A DNA stretch of 17,145 nucleotides. It comes from a virus (taxonomy: Duplodnaviria; Heunggongvirae; Uroviricota; Caudoviricetes). Positions 1-6,699 of this stretch are shown piece after piece (the stretch's first letter is position 1; every line of letters begins with the position of its first letter). Both the position numbers and the translations under genes were made by a program. The stretch lies in the IMG/VR virus record IMGVR_UViG_3300029843_000117; one strand, written 5' to 3'. The notes under the pieces were generated by a model, which was not told where the DNA came from, searched no databases, and was given only the letters and a program-made list of their open reading frames with translations.

Positions 1-162
1 TGGATGCAGCGCAGTCAGCAAACGCTCGAACAATGGTTTGAACCCGGAACCGCCCGCGCGCTTGATGCGTTTATTGAGGGGATGACGCTGCATTTTGTCA
101 CCGACCGTAAGCCGCTATCGCGCGAGGAGATTTTGAGGATGGTTGAGAGGGTTGCAGGGTAG
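1..162 (+). CDS. 3' end of an upstream chromosomal gene (partial; start lies outside the window)
   Basis: Frame 1 is open from position 1 to a TAG stop at 160-162 (..[34 protein letters not shown]). It lies outside the inferred prophage boundary. By synteny with rybB it could be the TetR-family gene ybjK/rcdA, but that is not verified. Confidence 0.45.
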
Positions 163-178
163 TAGATAAGTTTTAGAT

Positions 179-192
179 AACAAAAAACCCAT
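179..192. repeat. Left copy of the 14-bp direct repeat; candidate attL core
   Basis: aacaaaaaacccat is identical to 17066-17079. It lies between the chromosomal gene stop (162) and the int stop (267). Confidence 0.6.
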
Positions 193-211
193 TTATGTAA
201 ACGGGTTAATG

Positions 212-244
212 AAAACAATAAGTTAGGTTAAAAACAATAAGTTA
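212..244. repeat. Two perfect 14-bp direct repeats (aaaacaataagtta) spaced 19 bp apart; possible Int arm-type or accessory-factor sites in the arm next to int
   Basis: Copies at 212-225 and 231-244, read directly from the sequence, located between the att core and the 3' end of int. The function is inferred only. Confidence 0.35.
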
Positions 245-266
245 AGTTGGTGGTCAGTGGTGGTTA

Positions 267-1319
267 TTACGGGGTAATGCCAACCGCTGCCGCCACTTTG
301 TCGCCACTTGGCAGCGTTGCCAGAGGATTGAAACGGAGCGCCGTTTCTAGATGATCCGGTGCCAGATGTGCGTAACGCATAGTCATTTTTATATCGTGGT
401 GTCCGAGAATTTTTTGTAAGGCCAGAATGTTTCCACCCGACATCATGAAGTGCGCCGCAAACGTATGGCGCAGAACGTGTGTGAGTTGACCGCGAGGGAG
501 CACGATAGACGTTTTTTCCATCACGGATAAAAATTGAAAATAGCAGTCTGTGAAGAAATTGAACCCATCAAGCGCCATGATCTCTTCGTAAAGCTCTTTA
601 CTGATAGGGATGCTTCTGTTTTTCTTCCCCTTCGTTCTGACAAAGGTAATTCGGTATTTGGTCACCTGTGAGCGGGTAAGATTTACGGCTTCACGCCAGC
701 GTGCGCCTGTGCTTAAGCATATCTTAACTACCAGTGCCAGAATTGGGTCCTGACGTTTGCAATCAGCCAGCAATTCAACAATCTGCTCATGGGTAAGCCA
801 TGCCATCTCTTTTTCTGCGATGGTGAATTTTCGCATGTTCTCCAGTGGGTTCGGATACGACCATTCGCCCAGACGGGATAGTTCGCTAAAAACACTACTT
901 AGATAGCTTTGCTCCAGGTTAATGGTGACCGGGCTTGCTCCTTTCTTCCATTTCTCGCTGAAGTAGATCTCGCCTGTCAGGCGTTTATCTCGATAGTGGG
1001 CAAACATTTTAGAGGTGAGATCGGTTGCAAGAGGATTGCCCAGAGCGTCAACCATCAACAGCAATTTGTCATAGACATGCTGCCCAGCTGTCAGAGATTT
1101 ACCATGTAGTTTGAACCATAGCTCAACCACGTCTTTCAGTGTTCGACGATCCACTGATTCACCCAGCCAGGGCTTTGCTTCGGTTTCTTCCATCGTGTGG
1201 CGCTCAAAAGCCAGTGCTTCGCCTTTGGTGGCGAATTGTTTACGCACACGACGCCCACTTCGTCCGGCGGGGTAACATTCGCAAAGCCATTTCCCTGTGG
1301 TTAGTTTTCGTACTGCCAT
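267..1319 (-). CDS. int: Phage integrase, tyrosine recombinase (P2/186 Int-like)
   Basis: 350-aa ORF. The C-terminal region has tyrosine-recombinase hallmarks (..LPRGQLTHVLRHTFAAHFMMSGGNILALQKILGHHDIKMTMRYAHLAP..). It sits next to the att core at the prophage edge. Confidence 0.9.
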   Translation of the reverse strand: MAVRKLTTGKWLCECYPAGRSGRRVRKQFATKGEALAFERHTMEETEAKPWLGESVDRRTLKDVVELWFKLHGKSLTAGQHVYDKLLLMVDALGNPLATDLTSKMFAHYRDKRLTGEIYFSEKWKKGASPVTINLEQSYLSSVFSELSRLGEWSYPNPLENMRKFTIAEKEMAWLTHEQIVELLADCKRQDPILALVVKICLSTGARWREAVNLTRSQVTKYRITFVRTKGKKNRSIPISKELYEEIMALDGFNFFTDCYFQFLSVMEKTSIVLPRGQLTHVLRHTFAAHFMMSGGNILALQKILGHHDIKMTMRYAHLAPDHLETALRFNPLATLPSGDKVAAAVGITP

Positions 1320-1320
1320 A

Positions 1321-1346
1321 AAAAGCCCTCATATCAGAGGGCTAAA
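1321..1346 (-). terminator. Hairpin plus U-tract on the minus strand between the cargo gene and the int start
   Basis: Minus strand reads agccctc-tgatat-gagggct followed by ttttt, immediately before the int ATG. May attenuate read-through from the upstream cargo gene and cI. Confidence 0.3.
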
Positions 1347-1401
1347 TTTAACTGTATATGTAACCAGTAATCAATGTGTGATTACTATGAAACATACATT
1401 G

Positions 1402-3078
1402 CTAAGCAACATGTAGTTCATCGTTGGCGGAAGTGGCTGCTTTGCGCTCCTGCTCAATAGCTAGAGACTCTCTATATTCTTTCGCCTCTGCAAACATTGT
1501 CCAGTGGGCGTTGATGTTCATGTCTTCAATAACTGATTTGATTTCTTTTAAATTTACGTTAAAAAACTCTTTTCGTGAGTTAATTTTATTGACCTGCTTT
1601 TCGTTGAAAACTTTATGCAGATGGTTTTCTAATGATGGTGCATCATCACTATAAATCATCGCATGAACATCGAACGAAAAAGGAACACTAGCATCTCCGA
1701 GTTCACGAACACGATCAAGTGGTTCAAGGCGGCGTGTCATTCCAATTTTATATACATCTTCGCCAAATGAACCAATATTACTAATGATATAGACGTGGCC
1801 TGATCTGGTTTGTTGAGCCATAGAAATAGCTCGTTGATTTTTAGCTTCAGCTTCTTCATATTTTAACTGTAGTTCAGCTATTTTTTGCTCTAAAGCTAAG
1901 CGTTGTTCTTCATTTGCAAGCATAAGTTCTTTCGTTGCTTTATTTATAGCTTGCTGAATAGCTTTTTCTTCTTTTTCAGCTTCTTTTATCGCTTTTTCAT
2001 ATTCTCTACGAGCTCTTTCCTCTTCACGAAGCTGTTCTTTAATCCTTCTTTGCTCTTCTTTTTCTTCGAGCATAATTTCATTAACTGCTACACCCCATTT
2101 TAGCTCGTTGAGTCTTGCCTGAAGATAGATGTCACTTATTTTTGCGGACCTAAAGGCAGAGCCATTGTAATTTACTAGTTGAAATGCATCTTTTATTTCT
2201 TGGGAAAGTTTTCCAAAATTGTTGTGTTTGACTTTTGATAAAATACTGTCAACTCTTCCATTGAAGGCATCCAAAACAAAGTTTATGGCAGTATTACGCC
2301 TGTTTTGCTCAACATAATCACACGAAGCAGCTTTATTAGTTTTTATTAATGATTTGGTTAACTCTCTGGCTTTTTGTAATTCCTTGCCTGCATCTGTAAA
2401 TTCATAATTTTCTGCCAGCTCATCAAGTACACTACGGTTAGGGATGATCCATTCATCACCATAACCTTCAATTTTATTTTTCATTGATTTTGCAACTGCT
2501 TCATATTTTTCTGCAAACTCTTTAGCTTCATATGCTGAACCAGCAATCTCCTTTGCTCTTTCTTCTGCATCAGAAATAATTTTTACTGCATTGTCATTAG
2601 CATTTGAGATTAGCTCATTTGCTTTATTATTAGCATTATCAAGACGTTCTTTGGCTTTCAGGCGTGCATCGCGAGCGTCTTTGGTGATTGCTATAGCTTC
2701 GCTATTAGCGTTGCTTATTGTCATCTGAGCTTGATAATTTGCTTCGTTTACTGTTTTAGCCGCCTTAATTTGGGCTTCATCTATTTTTTGCTTGGCTATT
2801 GAGTCCGCATTTTTTATCTTATTCTCTGCATCCATTACTGCGCTGTGCAATTCTTCGTATTGCCACAATGGTGCTGCTCGCCCTTCAAGCTCTGATAATT
2901 CTCGTACGGTCTGTGCTAGTTTTTCTTGATTTTCAATCAGTTGGTTAGAAAGGGCTATGTTGTTAGCTGTCAGGTTATCTATAGCCGCTTTGTGTTTTTT
3001 ACTTTGTTTAAATAATATTACAGCTAGAACAGGGGCGAGAAATGCTAATAAGAGTATAACGATGGCAAATGAATTCAT
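1402..3078 (-). CDS. Cargo protein: N-terminal transmembrane helix, long coiled-coil region, C-terminal T5orf172/GIY-YIG-like domain (DUF4041-type architecture)
   Basis: 558-aa ORF. N-terminus is hydrophobic (FAIVILLLAFLAPVLAVILF). The middle is K/E/A-rich with heptad-like pattern. The C-terminus reads GHVYIISNIGSFGEDVYKIGMTRRLEPLDRVRELG..., resembling the T5orf172 (GIY-YIG-like) signature. Visibly AT-rich relative to neighbours. A plausible RBS (aaggat) lies upstream, and it ends 20 bp before the cI stop. Confidence 0.8.
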   Translation of the reverse strand: MNSFAIVILLLAFLAPVLAVILFKQSKKHKAAIDNLTANNIALSNQLIENQEKLAQTVRELSELEGRAAPLWQYEELHSAVMDAENKIKNADSIAKQKIDEAQIKAAKTVNEANYQAQMTISNANSEAIAITKDARDARLKAKERLDNANNKANELISNANDNAVKIISDAEERAKEIAGSAYEAKEFAEKYEAVAKSMKNKIEGYGDEWIIPNRSVLDELAENYEFTDAGKELQKARELTKSLIKTNKAASCDYVEQNRRNTAINFVLDAFNGRVDSILSKVKHNNFGKLSQEIKDAFQLVNYNGSAFRSAKISDIYLQARLNELKWGVAVNEIMLEEKEEQRRIKEQLREEERARREYEKAIKEAEKEEKAIQQAINKATKELMLANEEQRLALEQKIAELQLKYEEAEAKNQRAISMAQQTRSGHVYIISNIGSFGEDVYKIGMTRRLEPLDRVRELGDASVPFSFDVHAMIYSDDAPSLENHLHKVFNEKQVNKINSRKEFFNVNLKEIKSVIEDMNINAHWTMFAEAKEYRESLAIEQERKAATSANDELHVA

Positions 3079-3098
3079 TTTAAAATCCTTTTACTATA

Positions 3099-3695
3099 TT
3101 AATTCGAGACTATTGTACTTCTTATACAAGCAACCACTTCAATATCAGAAAATGCACATTCAAAGCTATTCTCTGCTGTTGTAATTTTAATCATTCCTTT
3201 AGGAAGCCTTGTGATTTTTCGAATGGAATAGGTTCCGTCGATATTGATTAACCAGTTTCCATCAAGTACTTCAGAAAATTTTTGATCACAAATGTATGTG
3301 ACGAGTCCATCCTGAACAACAATTGGTGATGAAAGGTTTGCAGGAAGAAATGATGAATCGAAGACATATGAACCGTCTTCAATCATTTTGCCTGCGGCAA
3401 GGCGAAACTTAACAAGCTCTTCTGTAGCTGCTGTCAGCGAGCTTTGCTTAAGGCCTTGTCCGGTAGTTAACCATTTGAGGGAGGTTCCTGTTTCAAGAGC
3501 ACATTGGATTATCCAGTCAGCAGGAAATGTATCCCGCAAATACCTGTTCGCTAGTGTGCTTTTTGATACTTCCAAGTGATCAGCTAAAGCCTGTCGTGTC
3601 GTAAAGCCATAGGCTTCGACTAATCGCTCAATCGCAGCCTTACCACCTTTATTGGGATTTATTTTGATCTCACTTGGGTACTTTGATGTTGACAT
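3099..3695 (-). CDS. cI: Phage 186 CI-like immunity repressor (N-terminal HTH, C-terminal oligomerisation domain)
   Basis: 198-aa ORF with an HTH-like N-terminus (GFTTRQALADHLEVSKSTLANRYL). Size and position (divergent from apl/cII, upstream of int) match 186 cI. Confidence 0.7.
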   Translation of the reverse strand: MSTSKYPSEIKINPNKGGKAAIERLVEAYGFTTRQALADHLEVSKSTLANRYLRDTFPADWIIQCALETGTSLKWLTTGQGLKQSSLTAATEELVKFRLAAGKMIEDGSYVFDSSFLPANLSSPIVVQDGLVTYICDQKFSEVLDGNWLINIDGTYSIRKITRLPKGMIKITTAENSFECAFSDIEVVACIRSTIVSN

Positions 3696-3717
3696 ATCTC
3701 TTTTGCGATCCTAGTAT
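3689..3717 (+). promoter_or_regulatory. Candidate sigma70 lytic promoter (pR-like): TTGACA, 17 bp spacer, TAGTAT
   Basis: -35 ttgaca at 3689-3694 (overlapping the cI start codon on the opposite strand) and -10 tagtat at 3712-3717, oriented toward apl/cII. Confidence 0.4.
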
Positions 3718-3724
3718 CAGTTTT

Positions 3725-3740
3725 GTACCCAATTGGGTAC
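3725..3740. promoter_or_regulatory. Perfect 16-bp palindrome GTACCCAATTGGGTAC; candidate repressor operator
   Basis: Lies immediately downstream of the putative pR -10. A half-site-like ttgggtac recurs at 3674-3681. Confidence 0.45.
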
Positions 3741-3790
3741 TTGTCACGATTACTACAGGCTCACCACAAGCCAATAGGAGATGTTGCATC

Positions 3791-4012
3791 ATGACCCCTA
3801 ACATTTCAATAACTCTGAATACGCCACACGTCACAATCGAGCGTTATAGCGAACTTACTGGTCTTTCAATCGACACAATCAACGATATGTTGGCGGATGG
3901 TCGCATTCCTCGGCATCGTCTTCGTAAAGACAAGAAAAGAGAAAAGGTAATGATCAACCTTGCTGCTCTTACCGTTGATGCACTTACTGATTGCAATGTT
4001 GTATTCAACTAG
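3791..4012 (+). CDS. apl: Apl/Cox-like excisionase and transcriptional regulator
   Basis: 73-aa ORF from an internal ATG, with RBS aggag at 3776-3780. It is the first gene of the rightward operon opposite cI. The ORF-track start at 3674 would overlap cI and is unlikely. Confidence 0.6.
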   Translation: MTPNISITLNTPHVTIERYSELTGLSIDTINDMLADGRIPRHRLRKDKKREKVMINLAALTVDALTDCNVVFN

Positions 4013-4044
4013 TTCCATTTTGGGATACATCAGAGGTGTCGACC

Positions 4045-4554
4045 ATGTTTGATTACCAAGTTTCCAAACATCCACATTTTGATGAAGCCTGTCGTGCATT
4101 CGCACTGCGCCACAATCTGGTGCAACTGGCAGAACGTGCGGGCATGAATGTGCAGATTCTGCGGAACAAGCTGAACCCAGCTCAACCTCATTTATTAACC
4201 GCACCAGAAATCTGGCTGCTTACCGATCTGACTGAAGATTCAACGTTGGTAGATGGTTTTCTGGCACAGATTCATTGTCTGCCATGTGTACCGATTAATG
4301 AGGTAGCAAAAGAGAAACTGCCGCATTACGTCATGAGCGCAACTGCAGAGATCGGGCGTGTTGCAGCAGGTGCGGTATCTGGTGATGTAAAAACTAGTGC
4401 CGGTCGTCGTGATGCTATCAGCAGCATTAACTCTGTAACACGACTGATGGCTCTGGCTGCTGTTTCATTGCAAGCCCGTTTACAGGCTAATCCTGCGATG
4501 GCGAGTGCAGTTGATACCATGACTGGCCTTGGTGCTTCATTCGGTTTGCTGTGA
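4045..4554 (+). CDS. cII: CII-like lysogeny establishment regulator
   Basis: 169-aa ORF starting [24 protein letters not shown], with RBS agaggtg at 4031-4037. Size and position match 186 CII. Confidence 0.6.
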   Translation: MFDYQVSKHPHFDEACRAFALRHNLVQLAERAGMNVQILRNKLNPAQPHLLTAPEIWLLTDLTEDSTLVDGFLAQIHCLPCVPINEVAKEKLPHYVMSATAEIGRVAAGAVSGDVKTSAGRRDAISSINSVTRLMALAAVSLQARLQANPAMASAVDTMTGLGASFGLL

Positions 4555-4561
4555 GGTGTTT

Positions 4562-4858
4562 ATGCTGACGAAAGAACCATCATTTGCATCGCTGCTGGTA
4601 AAACAAAGCCCGGCAATGCACTACGGTCACGGCTGGATCACGGGTGAGGATGGAAAACGCTGGCATCCATGTCATTCACAAGATGAATTGCTGTCTGAAT
4701 TGACCACGAGGAAACGGAGAAAGTCCAAATGTATGCGGCAGAAAGTGAAGTGGTTTATCAGTTTCGTTACAGAGGGGAGAGTTATTCAGTACCTGAAGGT
4801 GATTTGCTCTGTTGCTATCCGTCATTGTCGGGCGATGGCAGTTACTTTTTCACGTTAA
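4562..4858 (+). CDS. Hypothetical early protein (3' extent uncertain)
   Basis: ATG with RBS gaggtg at 4553-4558. The N-terminal part looks protein-like, but the last ~40 codons overlap the next ORF and look like out-of-frame read-through. Confidence 0.35.
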   Translation: MLTKEPSFASLLVKQSPAMHYGHGWITGEDGKRWHPCHSQDELLSELTTRKRRKSKCMRQKVKWFISFVTEGRVIQYLKVICSVAIRHCRAMAVTFSR

Positions 4859-4953
4859 AGGATGGGACGTTTTTACGGGGAGAGCAGGTTAAAGAGACGA
4901 TACGAAAAAATGTATCTCCTCTTGAGCGTTACCGTAAGAACAAAGAACGATAG
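4729..4953 (+). CDS. Hypothetical early protein
   Basis: 74-aa ORF, RBS ggag about 10 nt upstream, balanced composition. Overlaps the previous ORF by 130 nt. Confidence 0.45.
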   Translation: MYAAESEVVYQFRYRGESYSVPEGDLLCCYPSLSGDGSYFFTLKDGTFLRGEQVKETIRKNVSPLERYRKNKER

Positions 4954-4975
4954 CTGCGTTTGGGGGATATGAAGT

Positions 4976-5317
4976 ATGGCAATTAATGGCGCTGCAGCAA
5001 CTGTTCCATTAAGCCCCGGTGAACGCCTGAATGGACTTAATCACATTGCGGAGTTAAGGGCGAAAGTTTTTGGCCTGAATATTGAGTCAGAGCTTGAGCG
5101 GTTTATTAAAGATATGCGTGATCCACGGGATATCAATAATGAACAAAATAAACGGGCACTGGCTGCCATATTCTTTATGGCAAAAATTCCAGCTGAACGT
5201 CATAGCATCAGCATTAATGAGCTGACCACTGACGAAAAGCGGGAGCTGATTAAAGCAATGAATCATTTTCGTGCAGTGGTGAGCTTATTTCCCAGACGGC
5301 TAACCATGCCGAATTAA
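4976..5317 (+). CDS. Hypothetical early protein
   Basis: 113-aa ORF with RBS ggggga 8 nt upstream, in the same orientation as the early operon. Confidence 0.55.
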   Translation: MAINGAAATVPLSPGERLNGLNHIAELRAKVFGLNIESELERFIKDMRDPRDINNEQNKRALAAIFFMAKIPAERHSISINELTTDEKRELIKAMNHFRAVVSLFPRRLTMPN

Positions 5318-5384
5318 CCAACTAATGAAATTAATGGCGTAAACCCGCCGGGCATCCCTTTATCTAAATTCAGGAGAATTGATT

Positions 5385-5618
5385 ATGCGTAATATTGAAA
5401 CCCTCACGACTAAAACCGGACCGGATGACGCAGGGCTTAATATTTTACTGACAGAGGCTCGTCTGGAAGAACGCCGGGCAAGGGCTGAAGCAATGGCTGC
5501 TCGCCTTGATAGCCTGGCGTGTCATATCTCATCCCGCCAGCTAAACCACGTGGAAGCGGCAGAACTGCTGCGCGTGACTGCTGAAGCAATCCAGAACGAA
5601 GCGCAGGAGATCCACTAA
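5385..5618 (+). CDS. Hypothetical early protein
   Basis: 77-aa ORF from ATG at 5385, with RBS caggag at 5371-5376. Its stop overlaps the next start (ATAATG). Confidence 0.55.
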   Translation: MRNIETLTTKTGPDDAGLNILLTEARLEERRARAEAMAARLDSLACHISSRQLNHVEAAELLRVTAEAIQNEAQEIH

Positions 5619-5845
5619 TGGCTGATGCAATGGATCTCGTACAGCAGCGCGTTGAAGAAGAACGCCAGCGCCATATCCGTGCAGCCCGTGCCAAATCACC
5701 GGGCGTGTCACGCGTACTTTGCATTGAATGTGAAGCGCCAATTCCGCCAGCACGACGCCGCGCCATTCCGGGAGTGCAGCTTTGCATTACCTGTCAGGAA
5801 ATCGCAGAACTGAAAGGCAAACATTACAACGGAGGTGCTGTATGA
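5618..5845 (+). CDS. TraR/DksA-family C4-type zinc-finger protein
   Basis: 75 aa with CIECEAP..(17)..CITCQ, a CxxC-N17-CxxC arrangement typical of phage and plasmid TraR-like proteins. Translationally coupled to its neighbours. Confidence 0.75.
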   Translation: MADAMDLVQQRVEEERQRHIRAARAKSPGVSRVLCIECEAPIPPARRRAIPGVQLCITCQEIAELKGKHYNGGAV

Positions 5846-6699
5846 GCACCATCCTGAAATGGGCGGGAAATAAAACCGCCATTATGCCAGAACTGAAAAA
5901 ATACCTTCCTGCTGGCCCGCGACTGGTTGAACCTTTCGCGGGTTCCTGTGCTGTGATGATGGAAACGGATTATCCCAGCTATCTGGTTGCGGATATTAAT
6001 CCTGATTTAATCAACCTCTATAAAAAGGTTGCCGCTGATTGTGAATCGTTTATATCTCGCGCCAGAGTTTTATTTGAGATCGCAAACAGGGAGGTGGCTT
6101 ATTACAACATAAGGCAGGAGTTTAACTGCTCAACTGAAATTACTGATTTCATGAAAGCGGTATATTTCCTGTATCTCAATCGTCACGGTTACCGTGGTTT
6201 ATGTCGCTATAACAAGAGCGGGCATTTCAACATTCCCTACGGTAATTATAAAAATCCGTATTTCCCTGAAAAAGAACTTCGCACATTTGCAGAAAAAGCC
6301 CAGCGAGCAACGTTTATCTGCGCCAGCTTTGATGAAACGCTGGCGATGTTGAAGGCGGGAGATGTGGTGTATTGCGATCCGCCATATGACGGTACGTTTT
6401 CCGGCTATCACACTGATGGTTTCACTGAAGATGACCAGTATCACCTGGCATCCGTTCTTGAACATCGGTCATCAGAAGGACATCCGGTCATTGTTTCTAA
6501 CAGTGACACATCCCTGATCCGTTCGCTGTATCGCAATTTTACTCACCACTATATCAAGGTAAAACGCAGCATCGGTGTGGCAGCTGGCGAGGGTAAATCA
6601 GCAACAGAAATCATTGCTGTTTCCGGGCCGCGCTGCTGGATGGGATTTGATTATTCGCGTGGCGTGGATAGTTCTGCCGTGTACGGAGTACGTGCATGA
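5842..6699 (+). CDS. dam: DNA adenine methyltransferase (Dam-like, N6-adenine)
   Basis: 285 aa from ATG 5842, with RBS ggaggtg at 5831-5837. Contains the SAM-binding motif ILKWAGNK near the N-terminus and the catalytic DPPY motif ([10 protein letters not shown]). Confidence 0.85.
   Translation: MSTILKWAGNKTAIMPELKKYLPAGPRLVEPFAGSCAVMMETDYPSYLVADINPDLINLYKKVAADCESFISRARVLFEIANREVAYYNIRQEFNCSTEITDFMKAVYFLYLNRHGYRGLCRYNKSGHFNIPYGNYKNPYFPEKELRTFAEKAQRATFICASFDETLAMLKAGDVVYCDPPYDGTFSGYHTDGFTEDDQYHLASVLEHRSSEGHPVIVSNSDTSLIRSLYRNFTHHYIKVKRSIGVAAGEGKSATEIIAVSGPRCWMGFDYSRGVDSSAVYGVRA

Noticed and set aside
15-218. 67-aa ORF on the minus strand
   Set aside because: It overlaps the 3' end of the plus-strand chromosomal gene and the att core region, and has no supporting signals.
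1903-2103. 66-aa Phe-rich ORF on the plus strand
   Set aside because: It is the antisense of the Lys/Glu-rich coiled-coil region of the 558-aa gene, a low-complexity artefact.
3674-4012. Longer 112-aa version of apl starting at 3674
   Set aside because: It would overlap the cI start and the promoter/operator region. The internal ATG at 3791 has a proper RBS and gives the expected size of about 73 aa.
5437-5787. Minus-strand ORFs (116 aa and 70 aa) inside the early operon
   Set aside because: They are antisense to the well-supported, translationally coupled plus-strand genes and have Arg/Ser/Ala-rich, low-complexity translations.
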